The notes under the pieces: model-generated
Database searches by the model: none
What the model was told of the DNA's origin: nothing
Seen by the model: the letters and a program-made list of their open reading frames with translations, nothing else
Position numbers and translations under genes: made by a program
Shown here: in pieces, positions 30,280-39,785 of the stretch
How positions within the stretch are numbered: the stretch's first letter is position 1
Layout of the letters: every line of letters starts with the position of its first letter
From: Sediminibacterium sp. UBA657
Lineage (GTDB): Bacteria > Bacteroidota > Bacteroidia > Chitinophagales > Chitinophagaceae
Assembly (NCBI GenBank): GCA_002299885.1
Contig: DBOB01000022.1
Span: 1,896-65,895 of the forward strand
DNA: 64,000 nucleotides
Direction: 5' to 3'

Positions 30280-31323
30280 TTATAAAATCTCCCAAGTCTC
30301 TTTACCACGAATTAATTTATCTAAATCGCCCATGCCTTTACTGGTCATGGCTTCCTCTATTTGCAATGCCATCATGTCTTCGTAACAAGGACGGTCAGCG
30401 GTATAAAACACCCCAAAAGGACGAGGAAAATAAGTAGCAACTTCGCTAGGGTTATCAAACAAACGCACTAAAACCTGTGCTTTATAAAAATCTTTTTCGT
30501 CGTGGATCCATAAATCATCTGCACTGTAGGTATCTCCTAAAGTGACAACTTCTGGACGCAATCCATCAAAACGAATACCCATTTCGTTGTTTGCACCAAA
30601 AGTCAATGGCTTTCCTTGCTCTACAAACAAAGCATGTAAAGGCTTAGATGCTTTCTCGGTGAAAATTTCAAAAGCACCATCATTGAAAATATTACAGTTC
30701 TGATAAATCTCTAAGAACGAAGATCCTTTATGCTGTTGTGCACGCGTGATCATGGTTTGTAAATGTTTTGGGTCACGATCCATGCTACGCCCAATAAAAC
30801 TTGCATCCGCTCCCAATGCCAAAGCAGCAGGATTAAAAGGATGATCAATACTACCCATTGGAGTGCTTTTAGTGATTTTATTTAATTCAGAAGTTGGTGA
30901 GTACTGCCCTTTAGTTAAACCATAGATCTGATTATTGAACACTAAAAAATTCACATCAAAATTTCTTCTCAGCATATGCATGGTATGGTTACCGCCAATA
31001 CTTAAAGCATCTCCATCACCAGCTACAATCCAAACACTTAATTCTGGACGAGCTGCTTTTAATCCACTCGCAATGGCAGTCGCACGACCGTGAATGGAAT
31101 GCATCCCAAAAGTGTTCATATAATAAGGGAAACGACTACTACAACCAATCCCACTAATGATCACAATATTCTCCTTAGGGACGCCAATAGTTGGCATCAC
31201 TTTTTGCACCTGCGCCAAAATTGAATAGTCACCACAGCCAGGGCACCAACGCACTTCTTGGTCTGTGGCAAAATCTTTTGCCGTTAAGGTAGCTGCTTGA
31301 GGAAGTATTGTTTCAGTAGACAT
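30280..31323 (-). CDS. korB: 2-oxoacid:ferredoxin oxidoreductase, beta (TPP-binding) subunit
   Basis: WCPGCGDYSIL, GIGCSSR, GDGDALSIGGNH motifs. ATG 31323 or the track's TTG 31329. Confidence 0.85.
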   Translation of the reverse strand: MSTETILPQAATLTAKDFATDQEVRWCPGCGDYSILAQVQKVMPTIGVPKENIVIISGIGCSSRFPYYMNTFGMHSIHGRATAIASGLKAARPELSVWIVAGDGDALSIGGNHTMHMLRRNFDVNFLVFNNQIYGLTKGQYSPTSELNKITKSTPMGSIDHPFNPAALALGADASFIGRSMDRDPKHLQTMITRAQQHKGSSFLEIYQNCNIFNDGAFEIFTEKASKPLHALFVEQGKPLTFGANNEMGIRFDGLRPEVVTLGDTYSADDLWIHDEKDFYKAQVLVRLFDNPSEVATYFPRPFGVFYTADRPCYEDMMALQIEEAMTSKGMGDLDKLIRGKETWEIL

Positions 31324-31340
31324 AGTCAAATATTAGGAGG

Positions 31341-31348
31341 CAAAATTA
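31341..31348 (-). promoter_or_regulatory. -7 promoter box TAATTTTG, 17 nt upstream of korB ATG
   Basis: Plus strand CAAAATTA in the GT2-korB spacer. Confidence 0.35.
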
Positions 31349-31381
31349 CTAAAAATAGCTCGTTTCTTACCTAAAAGCGTC

Positions 31382-32530
31382 TTATTTCACCTTTCTGCCC
31401 TTCCAGGAATAGGTTTTTAGCTGCCCAAATAGGCCAGCAGCGATATTGTAGACAATATGGATAGGTTGATAGAATACAAAATGTTTTAGTTCGGGCTGCA
31501 GCCTAAAAAATTTCGCAACCGGATCCAAGAAGAACAATTCAAAAAAGGTTTTAAAAGCCAGCGCAATTAAAAAGGTGCTCCAGCTACCCATGAATGCCAA
31601 ACATACAAAACTCAAATTAAAAAAATACACCAATGTCAATACCATGGTTATGGAACGATCGTCATAATATCTTGCCTTGCTTGCCCAACGAATTCTTTGC
31701 ATAATAAAACCCTTCCATGTATCCATTGCAGCCGTCAACACAATCGCATCGGGATGAAATAAATAACCCACAGGTTTGTGCAAAGTCTGTTTCATTTTAT
31801 GCATTAAGAACATATCATCCCCACTTGCAATATGGTCTACCCCCTGATAACCTCCCACTGCAATAAACGCAGTTTTTTCAAAACCTAAATTAGCGCCATT
31901 GCTCATAGAGTGTTTGCCAGCGCCCACTGCAGCGGCTGTGATACCTTGTAATGCTAAAAAGTCTAATACTTGAAATTGATTTAAAATTCCTGCTGTTTTA
32001 ATAAACATCACAGGAGCCGCCACAAAACAAGGTTGGTTTTCTTGGATATAAGCATTGTATAAAAGCAACCATTTTTTAGGTACGATACAATCTGCATCGG
32101 TGGTCAAGATCCAATCCCCTTTCGCTTCTGCAACTGCAATTTCAATCGCCTTCTTTTTATACGCCAAGGTCTCCCCTTCTTTACAATGATCTGCTAATTG
32201 CATTAAACGGACTTGAGGATATTGCTGGCTTAATGCATTTACAATAAACGCCGTATCGTCCTCAGAAAAATCATCAATCACAATTATTTCAAAAGCATCC
32301 ACAGGATAATCCTGATTCAAAATACTATCCACGCAGGCTTTGATATTCAAAGCTTCGTTTCGGGCAGGAATAATGACGGTGAATTGGGTGGTTGACTGCC
32401 CAGGGCTAAGGGCTTCTATTTGGTTGAACTGAAATACACGCATTTTACCAAACCAAAAGCGGTAGGCCATTAAGATAACGGCATACATGATTGTTAAGAT
32501 AGCAACGGTCCAATCCAATAGATACTCCAT
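31382..32530 (-). CDS. Membrane-bound family 2 glycosyltransferase (processive type)
   Basis: N-terminal TM, VIIPARNE, IIVIDDFSEDDT, TTDADC, GDDMFL, QRIRWASK (QxxRW), C-terminal TM helices. Confidence 0.82.
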   Translation of the reverse strand: MEYLLDWTVAILTIMYAVILMAYRFWFGKMRVFQFNQIEALSPGQSTTQFTVIIPARNEALNIKACVDSILNQDYPVDAFEIIVIDDFSEDDTAFIVNALSQQYPQVRLMQLADHCKEGETLAYKKKAIEIAVAEAKGDWILTTDADCIVPKKWLLLYNAYIQENQPCFVAAPVMFIKTAGILNQFQVLDFLALQGITAAAVGAGKHSMSNGANLGFEKTAFIAVGGYQGVDHIASGDDMFLMHKMKQTLHKPVGYLFHPDAIVLTAAMDTWKGFIMQRIRWASKARYYDDRSITMVLTLVYFFNLSFVCLAFMGSWSTFLIALAFKTFFELFFLDPVAKFFRLQPELKHFVFYQPIHIVYNIAAGLFGQLKTYSWKGRKVK

Positions 32531-32534
32531 GCCA

Positions 32535-32542
32535 CAAAGTTA
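32535..32542 (-). promoter_or_regulatory. -7 promoter box TAACTTTG, 4 nt from GT2 ATG
   Basis: Minus strand reads TAACTTTG-TGGC-ATG. Confidence 0.45.
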
Positions 32543-32608
32543 AAGGGTAAAAATTTGGTAGAATCCTTAAAATCGTTGTACTTTTATATTAGTTGCATAA
32601 CTAACTAT

Positions 32609-33049
32609 ATGTCAAACAACCAATTTAAGAGAGGGGAATTATACAGCGTCATCAATGGGGTTGCCTCTACTGCTGTTGCAAGAAGATTACAAAAGAATTT
32701 CCGCAATGCAGGATTAGAAATCACCATTGAACAATGGTCCATCTTATACCATTTATGGAAGGAAGATGGTTTGAGCCAACAAGAATTATGCACGCGTACA
32801 TATAGAGATAAAGCAAGTATCACTAGGTTGATAGACAATATCGAAAAATTAGGATTGGTAGAAAGAATCGCCTCTAAAGATGATCGTAGAGTAAATATGG
32901 TGTATTTAACCGATGCCGCGAAACCCTTACAGGAAGCGACTTACAACTTAGCCAATCAAACAATGAACGAGGCATTACAAGGTATTAGTAAAGAAGAAAT
33001 TGAAATAGTAAAAAGTGTTTTTCAACGTGTATACGAGAATAGTAAATAA
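32609..33049 (+). CDS. MarR-family transcriptional regulator
   Basis: IEQWSILYHLWKEDGLSQQELCTRTYRDKASITRLIDNIEKLGLVERIASKDDRRVNMVYLT winged helix. ATG 32609 preferred. Confidence 0.85.
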   Translation: MSNNQFKRGELYSVINGVASTAVARRLQKNFRNAGLEITIEQWSILYHLWKEDGLSQQELCTRTYRDKASITRLIDNIEKLGLVERIASKDDRRVNMVYLTDAAKPLQEATYNLANQTMNEALQGISKEEIEIVKSVFQRVYENSK

Positions 33050-33063
33050 TTAAATTATATTTT

Positions 33064-34839
33064 ATGGCAGCAACAATCCAAGGTGGAGAATGGATCATTA
33101 AAGAAGTGAAATCCGAAGACGTTTTCATTCCAGAAGAATTCAACGAAGAGCAGTTGATGGTGCGTGACATGTGTAGCCAATTTTTGGATACAGAAGTGTT
33201 ACCAGTGGTAGAAAGAATGGACAAATTAGAGCCAGGCTTGATGCCAGGTTTATTGGAAAAAGCAGGTGAGCAGGGCTTATTAGGGGTTTCTGTCCCAGAA
33301 CAATATGGTGGAATGGGCAAGGACTTTATCACTTCTACCATTGTAGCAGAATACCTTGGAGGAGGTTATTCTTTCTCTGTAGCCAACGCTGCACATACAG
33401 GTATTGGCACCTTACCAATTTTATATTTTGGTACCGAAGCACAAAGAGCAAAATATGTTCCAAAATTAGCAAGTGGTGAGTTTAAAGGTTCTTATGGATT
33501 AACCGAACCAAATAGCGGATCAGATGCACTAAGTGCAAAGACTACTGCAAAATTATCTGCAGATGGCAAGCATTATATATTGAATGGACAAAAGTGTTGG
33601 ATCACCAATGGGGGATTCGCAGATATCTATACGGTGTTTGCAAAAATAGATGGTGAGCAATTCACTGCATTCATTGTAGAGCGCGGCACAGAAGGTTTCA
33701 CGCAAGGACCAGAAGAACATAAAATGGGGATCAAAGGATCTTCTACAGTGCAATTGTATTTCCAGGATTGCAAAGTGCCAGTAGAAAATGTATTAGGAGA
33801 AATTGGAAGAGGACATATTATCGCATTCAATATTTTAAATATTGGAAGATTAAAATTAGGCGCTGCCACTATTGGTGGTGCAAGAAGGGCATTGAGCACA
33901 ACAGTTAAATATGCAAAAGCAAGAGAGCAATTTAAATTGCCGATTGTAAAATTTGGTGCTATCAGACATAAGTTAGCCGAAATGGCCCTTCAATTATGGG
34001 TGGGCGAAGCAGCACTATATAGAGTGGCAAAAAATATTGATGAAAAAGAGCACGAACTATTAGCAGCAGGCAAGGATTTATCTGCAGCCTTACTAGGTGG
34101 TGCAGAAGAATATGCTATTGAGTGTGCTATCTTAAAAGTATTTGGATCAGAGGTATTGGACTTTGTAGTAGACGAGGGTGTTCAAATACACGGTGGTAAT
34201 GGTTATAGTGATGAGTATGAAATTTCAAAAGCATACCGTGATAGTAGAATCAATAGAATATACGAAGGAACCAATGAAATCAATCGTTTATTGACAGTGG
34301 ACATGGTTTTGAAAAGAGCTATGAAGGGTCAATTAGATTTAATGGGACCTGCTATGAACGTACAAAAAGAATTAATGAGCATTCCAGATTTTGGTGACCA
34401 AGATGATGCACCATTTGCAAAAGAACATAAAGCAATTGCTAATTTTAAGAAATGTATTTTGATGGTCGCAGGAGCAGCAGTTCAAAAATTAATGATGACC
34501 TTAAGCAAGGAGCAAGAGATTCTAATGAATATTGCAGACATGTCTATCATTACTTACCATGCTGAATCTGCCTTGTTAAGATTAGAGAAATTAAGTAAAA
34601 CAAAATCTGAAGCCGAACTAGCTGTACAAACTGCAATTGTAAAAACATATATCTATGATGCTGCCGACGCTATTAATAAAGCAGGTAAAGATGCATTGAA
34701 TAGTTTTGCAGACGGAGACGAATTACGCATGATGCATATTGGATTAAAGCGATTCACAAAAGTGGATCCATTTAATACTAAGGAAGCAAGAAGAACTATC
34801 TGTGCGCAATTGGTAGCAGACGACGGATATAAGTTATAA
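33064..34839 (+). CDS. Acyl-CoA dehydrogenase (long form with C-terminal extension)
   Basis: GSYGLTEPNSGSDA, CWITNGGFADIYTVFA, IHGGNGYSDEYEISKAYRDSRINRIYEGTNEINR. Confidence 0.9.
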   Translation: MAATIQGGEWIIKEVKSEDVFIPEEFNEEQLMVRDMCSQFLDTEVLPVVERMDKLEPGLMPGLLEKAGEQGLLGVSVPEQYGGMGKDFITSTIVAEYLGGGYSFSVANAAHTGIGTLPILYFGTEAQRAKYVPKLASGEFKGSYGLTEPNSGSDALSAKTTAKLSADGKHYILNGQKCWITNGGFADIYTVFAKIDGEQFTAFIVERGTEGFTQGPEEHKMGIKGSSTVQLYFQDCKVPVENVLGEIGRGHIIAFNILNIGRLKLGAATIGGARRALSTTVKYAKAREQFKLPIVKFGAIRHKLAEMALQLWVGEAALYRVAKNIDEKEHELLAAGKDLSAALLGGAEEYAIECAILKVFGSEVLDFVVDEGVQIHGGNGYSDEYEISKAYRDSRINRIYEGTNEINRLLTVDMVLKRAMKGQLDLMGPAMNVQKELMSIPDFGDQDDAPFAKEHKAIANFKKCILMVAGAAVQKLMMTLSKEQEILMNIADMSIITYHAESALLRLEKLSKTKSEAELAVQTAIVKTYIYDAADAINKAGKDALNSFADGDELRMMHIGLKRFTKVDPFNTKEARRTICAQLVADDGYKL

Positions 34840-34855
34840 AAAAGTTGGGTTAAAT

Positions 34856-36094
34856 TTAAACGCCTACTACTTTCTTAAAGGTATCCATATCTATCGCCTT
34901 TTCATGTTTGGAAATAACCACCGTCGCTACGGCGTTTCCAATAAAATTAGTGACAGATCTGGCTTCGCTCATGAAACGGTCTACCCCAATCAGTAAGGCA
35001 AGGCCTTCGAGGGGGATGACTTTAATGGCAGTTAAAGTAGAGGCTAATACAATAAAACCACTCCCCGTAACTCCAGCAGCACCTTTACTTGTAATGAGTA
35101 AAATTCCAAAAATGGTTAGTTGTTGTGCTATTGAAAATTCAATGTCAAATACTTGGGCTAAAAAGATAATGGCCATACTTAAATAAATGGAAGTGCCGTC
35201 TAAATTAAAACTATAGCCCGTTGGTATAATCAATCCAACAACAGATTTTTCGCAGCCAGCTTGTTCTAATTTTTCCATGACAGATGGCAAAACCGCTTCG
35301 CTACTGCTTGCACCAATTACAATAAATATTTCTTCTTTAAGGTATTTTAATAATTTGATTAAACTAAAACCATAGTAGCGCATGATGGCATTTAGAATTA
35401 AAAAAATAAAAATAAGTACAGTGATATAAAATGTGAGCATGAACTTGCCTAAAATCAATAAACTTCCAATTCCAAACTTACCCATAGTATAAGCCATACC
35501 ACCAAAAGCACCAATAGGACTCAGTTTCATGATAATATGTAAAATATTAAATAAGGCTTTATTGATGACACCAAATGTATTGATAATCCCTTCATTGCCT
35601 TTCTTAATCATCATTAATCCAATAGCGAAAAAAATACTAAAAAATAAAATCTGAATGATATCTCCTTTAGCAAATGCCCCAATGATATTATCTGGAACAA
35701 TATGTGTAAAAAAGTCGACCCAATTCATTGCTTTACCTTGATCTACATAGGCAGCCACTTTTTCAGTATTCGAATTTGCTAAAACAACGCCCTTCCCTGG
35801 TTGAATAAAAGTACCCACTACTAAGCCAATCAATAAAGCAATAGTAGAGACAATTTCGAAGTAAAGAATCCCTTTCCCTCCAACCCTGCCAACCTTCTTC
35901 ATATTGCCCGCTCCTGTTATCCCTAAAACAACTGTGAAAAAAATAATCGGCGCAATGACCATTTTTATTAAGCTAATAAAAACGTCACTGATTATTTTTC
36001 CTGTATGAAAAAATGCAGGAAATAGAAGGCCTACAACAATGCCTAAAATGATGCCTATTAAAACCTGAACATATAATATCTTAAAGTATTTCAT
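34856..36094 (-). CDS. Dicarboxylate/amino acid:cation symporter (DctA/GltP, DAACS family)
   Basis: 412 aa polytopic. N-terminus KILYVQVLIGIILGIVVG, SSSEAVLP, GAAGVTGSGFIVL, VDRFMSEARSVTNFIGNAVA motifs. ATG is 3 nt after the stop of the Mo-subunit gene. Confidence 0.85.
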   Translation of the reverse strand: MKYFKILYVQVLIGIILGIVVGLLFPAFFHTGKIISDVFISLIKMVIAPIIFFTVVLGITGAGNMKKVGRVGGKGILYFEIVSTIALLIGLVVGTFIQPGKGVVLANSNTEKVAAYVDQGKAMNWVDFFTHIVPDNIIGAFAKGDIIQILFFSIFFAIGLMMIKKGNEGIINTFGVINKALFNILHIIMKLSPIGAFGGMAYTMGKFGIGSLLILGKFMLTFYITVLIFIFLILNAIMRYYGFSLIKLLKYLKEEIFIVIGASSSEAVLPSVMEKLEQAGCEKSVVGLIIPTGYSFNLDGTSIYLSMAIIFLAQVFDIEFSIAQQLTIFGILLITSKGAAGVTGSGFIVLASTLTAIKVIPLEGLALLIGVDRFMSEARSVTNFIGNAVATVVISKHEKAIDMDTFKKVVGV

Positions 36095-36097
36095 GAA

Positions 36098-38356
36098 TTA
36101 CGCTTTTGCCTTAAATCCTAGTTTAGCAGGCGTAATAGGTAAATCTCTAACTCTCTTTCCGGTAGCATTGTACACCGCATTGGTCACTGCTGCAGCAAAT
36201 CCAATTAAAGCAATTTCACCAATGCCTTTTGCACCAATCGAATTCATATTCACATCTGGCTTATCTACAAACCAAACATCAGTTGGCGGAATTTGAGAAT
36301 GCAAAGGCACATGGTATGCACCAAAACTAGCATTGATAATTTGCCCAGAAACATGATCCATTTCTAATTGTTCTGTCAATGCCATTCCAATTCCTCCTAC
36401 CACGCCACCAATCATTTGGCTTCTTGCAGTTTTAGGACTAATAATTTTTCCTGCATCACCCGTAGTGACTACTTGCAAAATTTTAATCGTACCATCCTTA
36501 GGATTCACGGCTACTTTTACATAATGGGAAGAGAAAGAATTACTTGTAAACTTTAATTGCTCTGCAGTTTTACCTGAAGATGCAATAGTCAAATCAAGTT
36601 GTTTATCGGGGCTTAATTGTAATAAATCAACAATGGTAATTTTGATGTTTGGATCAGCAATAGCAAGGACCATTTCATTTTTAACATCTAACGCATCCGA
36701 TTTAAGATTCGCAAATGCAGGCGCTAACTTAATTGCTAGGTCTTTTAAATTTTGTTTTAATGTGCTACAAGCCAAGTCCACAGCAGATCCTACGGTAGAG
36801 GTAGTTCCTGATCCTCCCTGTGATGGGCCAGGAGGTAAATCAGAATCTCCTAATTTGAATTTTACTTTTTCAATGGGCATCTGCATTGCGTTGGCGGCTA
36901 TGATTGTCATGGAAGTCGTCGTGCCAGGGCCCATATCACTCACGGCGCACTCTAAAGTTAATTTCCCTTCCTTATTTAATAAAGCACGAACAGATGCACT
37001 GCCCTTTCCTGCGCCAAATACGCCATTGGCCATACCATAACCAATCAACCAACCATTTTCTTTTAATGTGCCTGGTGTGGAAGGACGATTTTTCCAACCA
37101 ATTTTTTCTTGACCATACGCATAACAGTCTTTTAAATTGATATCCGAGAATGACATTTTATTTTCAGGATTTATAGTGGTAAAGTTTTTTAACCTTAACT
37201 CAATAGGATCCATTTTTAATTTATAAGACAATTCGTCAATAGCAGACTCTAAGCCATAAGAACCAGTGGCTTCACCAGGACCGCGCATCCAAACAGGTGT
37301 GCTCATATCGAGTGGAAGCAGACTGTATTTGGTATCCACATTTTCTGAAGCATATAAAAATTTAGAAACGTTCACAATCCCTTCTCTAAAATCTTCGTAA
37401 CGAGAAGTTCCACTAATGGCTTCGTGTGTGATACCAATAAAACGACCTGAAGCGTCTGCACCAATTCCAATTTTCTGCCAAGACTGTGGACGATAGCCTA
37501 CTAATGAAAACATTTGTGGACGGGTAAGTACAATTTTCACAGGACGATTTAATTTTTTAGCAGCAATCACAGCAGCTGGTACATTGGCCCAACTTCTCAA
37601 ACCACTACCAAATCCCCCACCCACATTTTCTGCAATCACCCTAACGTTTTTATCTTGTAAACCAAAAGTACGAGCGATGCTTGTTTGCGTACTTTTTGGT
37701 CCTTGTGTTTTATCGTATAGTGTTACTTTATCTTCTCCTTCCCAAAATGCAATCGAAGCGTGCATCTCCATAGGAAGATGTACTTCGGCAGGTATCGCAT
37801 ATTCTGCTTCAACAAATACAGGTGCCGATTTAAATGCATTTTCTGTACCTCTTTTATAGGCCACTGTTCCTTTTAATTTTGCAGGGTCTTTTCTTACTAC
37901 ATCAAAATTTGTTTCAAAAGCTTGTGACTCATATTCAGCGCGCACTAAACGAATTGCAGCGTTCGCATTCTCTAAACTATCTGCTACAATCAACGCAATG
38001 GGTTGACCAAAAAAACGTACTTGATTATCGTATAAGACTTTGTGTCCACGCCATTCAGAAACATTTTTTGGACGTTCTGCAGCATTCGTTAAATAACCAG
38101 GTACAGAAGGACAATTGGCATAATAAATTACATCTAAAACACCAGGGGATGACAATGCTTTTGCGGTATCTATATTTTTGATAGTACCCTTAGCAATTGT
38201 ACTTGTTACGAATACACCATAAGCCATATTCGGTAAATTATATTCTGCAGTGTACTTTGCTTTGCCGGTTACTTTATCTGCGCCGTCTACTCTTTCGTCT
38301 GCAAAGTCAAGTTTAAAAAGATTTGTATTGTTCTTATTTAAATTTATATTGTTCAT
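36098..38356 (-). CDS. Xanthine dehydrogenase-family molybdopterin-binding subunit (PaoC/aldehyde oxidoreductase-like)
   Basis: ERVDGADKVTGKAKYTAEY N-terminus, GGGFGSG motif, C-terminal KGIGEIALIG with the catalytic Glu. 752 aa. Confidence 0.9.
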   Translation of the reverse strand: MNNINLNKNNTNLFKLDFADERVDGADKVTGKAKYTAEYNLPNMAYGVFVTSTIAKGTIKNIDTAKALSSPGVLDVIYYANCPSVPGYLTNAAERPKNVSEWRGHKVLYDNQVRFFGQPIALIVADSLENANAAIRLVRAEYESQAFETNFDVVRKDPAKLKGTVAYKRGTENAFKSAPVFVEAEYAIPAEVHLPMEMHASIAFWEGEDKVTLYDKTQGPKSTQTSIARTFGLQDKNVRVIAENVGGGFGSGLRSWANVPAAVIAAKKLNRPVKIVLTRPQMFSLVGYRPQSWQKIGIGADASGRFIGITHEAISGTSRYEDFREGIVNVSKFLYASENVDTKYSLLPLDMSTPVWMRGPGEATGSYGLESAIDELSYKLKMDPIELRLKNFTTINPENKMSFSDINLKDCYAYGQEKIGWKNRPSTPGTLKENGWLIGYGMANGVFGAGKGSASVRALLNKEGKLTLECAVSDMGPGTTTSMTIIAANAMQMPIEKVKFKLGDSDLPPGPSQGGSGTTSTVGSAVDLACSTLKQNLKDLAIKLAPAFANLKSDALDVKNEMVLAIADPNIKITIVDLLQLSPDKQLDLTIASSGKTAEQLKFTSNSFSSHYVKVAVNPKDGTIKILQVVTTGDAGKIISPKTARSQMIGGVVGGIGMALTEQLEMDHVSGQIINASFGAYHVPLHSQIPPTDVWFVDKPDVNMNSIGAKGIGEIALIGFAAAVTNAVYNATGKRVRDLPITPAKLGFKAKA

Positions 38357-38374
38357 AAAAGAAAATTAAAAGGA

Positions 38375-38986
38375 TTAAATTTTAGCACCAGATTTTGCAA
38401 CTTCTACAATAGCATCTACAATATTTTGATAAGCGCCGCATCTGCAAATATTGGTATCCATGTATGCTTGAATACTTGTCCTACTTGTCGCTTTACCTTC
38501 TCTTACACATGCCACTGCTGACATGATTTGTCCCGAAGTGCAATAGCCACATTGAAAAGCGTCATTTTTTAAGAACGCGGCCTGCATTGGATGCAACTGA
38601 TCCCCTTTGGCAAGTCCTTCTATCGTCGTGATTTGATTGTTCTGATGATTCAATGCCAATTGAGTACAAGATTTTATACGCTTACCATTTACATGAATCG
38701 TACAAGCACCACACTGACCCATCTCGCATCCTTTTTTAGTGCCCGTATACCCTATTTCTTCTCTTAATAAATTGAGCATGGTTGTTCTTGCATCAATTTC
38801 AAGTGCAACAGGTTTGCCATTTAAGATAAACTTTAAATTCTCTTTTGCAATAGGCATTGGCACAAGGCTATCTGCCGCAAAAGTTTTCACTAAAACAGAT
38901 GGGGTTAAATAAAGTGCAGCAACAGCGGCTGACTTTTTAAAAAAGCCCCTTCTTGCACCATCAAATTGACAAGGATTCATATGCAT
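38375..38986 (-). CDS. (2Fe-2S)-binding small subunit with twin-arginine (Tat) signal (PaoA-like)
   Basis: ARRGFFKKSAAVAALYL...TFA-A Tat signal. CEMGQCGACTIHVNG and CGYCTSGQ...CRCG cluster motifs. ATG 38986 (or 38980) preferred over the track's TTG 39040. Confidence 0.9.
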   Translation of the reverse strand: MHMNPCQFDGARRGFFKKSAAVAALYLTPSVLVKTFAADSLVPMPIAKENLKFILNGKPVALEIDARTTMLNLLREEIGYTGTKKGCEMGQCGACTIHVNGKRIKSCTQLALNHQNNQITTIEGLAKGDQLHPMQAAFLKNDAFQCGYCTSGQIMSAVACVREGKATSRTSIQAYMDTNICRCGAYQNIVDAIVEVAKSGAKI

Positions 38987-39067
38987 CGATTTGATGTAAT
39001 TTACCAAAAAAGCAAGCGTGTTCAAAAAAAAGATGGACAATCGGCCGAAGTAAAATCGGTAATAAAA

Positions 39068-39703
39068 TTACAATTTCTCAGCTGCCTTCCCTGGCTTAGC
39101 ATAAGCATATCGATCTATCAAGGTTGTATTGTAGTATGCGTCTAAACCATTGCTACAGATGGAGCCTACTTGGTCAAGTTCTAAGAAGCCATCTGCAGTG
39201 GGTTGAAGGGATGGATCAATCAATACTTGCTCTAACTGACCAATCACTAAAAAAGTGGCATTCAATGTAATAGGGACAATCTCTTTTAGAGAAAGTAAGT
39301 ACTTGATAGCGCTTTCCTTCACAAAGGGTACATTGATGCCCTCCAAATATTCCTCGGTCAATCCTACTTCTGAAAATTCGTTAACCTCGTCTGGGTATTT
39401 TGCACTTGTTTGATGTGCTTTATCTACAAATGAAGGATGGATATGGTTCACTGTATAAAAACCATTTGATTTAATATTGGCTAAGGTATGCGGCGCAGCA
39501 GCAACCGGACGATTGATATAACCTATTAAAGCAGGATCAGAACCAATATGCACCATGCTACTGAACATGGCTAAATTAGGAACGCCTTGTGCATTGATGG
39601 TGCCAATTAAACTAGCCGATTTAAAACCAGTTAAGCTATTGATAAAATTAGCTCTATAAAATCTTTCCCAAGACTGCCATTCGGCAGGAGTAAATTGTTG
39701 CAT
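39068..39703 (-). CDS. Flavin reductase-like domain protein
   Basis: 211 aa. SASLIGTINAQGVPNLAMFSSMVHIGSDPALIGYINRP resembles the Flavin_Reduct fold core. Motif-level call only. Confidence 0.55.
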   Translation of the reverse strand: MQQFTPAEWQSWERFYRANFINSLTGFKSASLIGTINAQGVPNLAMFSSMVHIGSDPALIGYINRPVAAAPHTLANIKSNGFYTVNHIHPSFVDKAHQTSAKYPDEVNEFSEVGLTEEYLEGINVPFVKESAIKYLLSLKEIVPITLNATFLVIGQLEQVLIDPSLQPTADGFLELDQVGSICSNGLDAYYNTTLIDRYAYAKPGKAAEKL

Positions 39704-39754
39704 AAAGAATTAACAAGTGAAGGGTTAAAAGGTTGAAGCAAACTTTAAATTCAT

Positions 39755-39767
39755 TCAAACGTTTTGA
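39755..39767. promoter_or_regulatory. Near-palindrome TCAAACGTTTTGA (LacI/PurR-type operator-like)
   Basis: AAACGTTT core palindrome in the GH32-flavin reductase spacer. Confidence 0.2.
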
Positions 39768-39785
39768 CCTAAAAAAGGGACTGCA

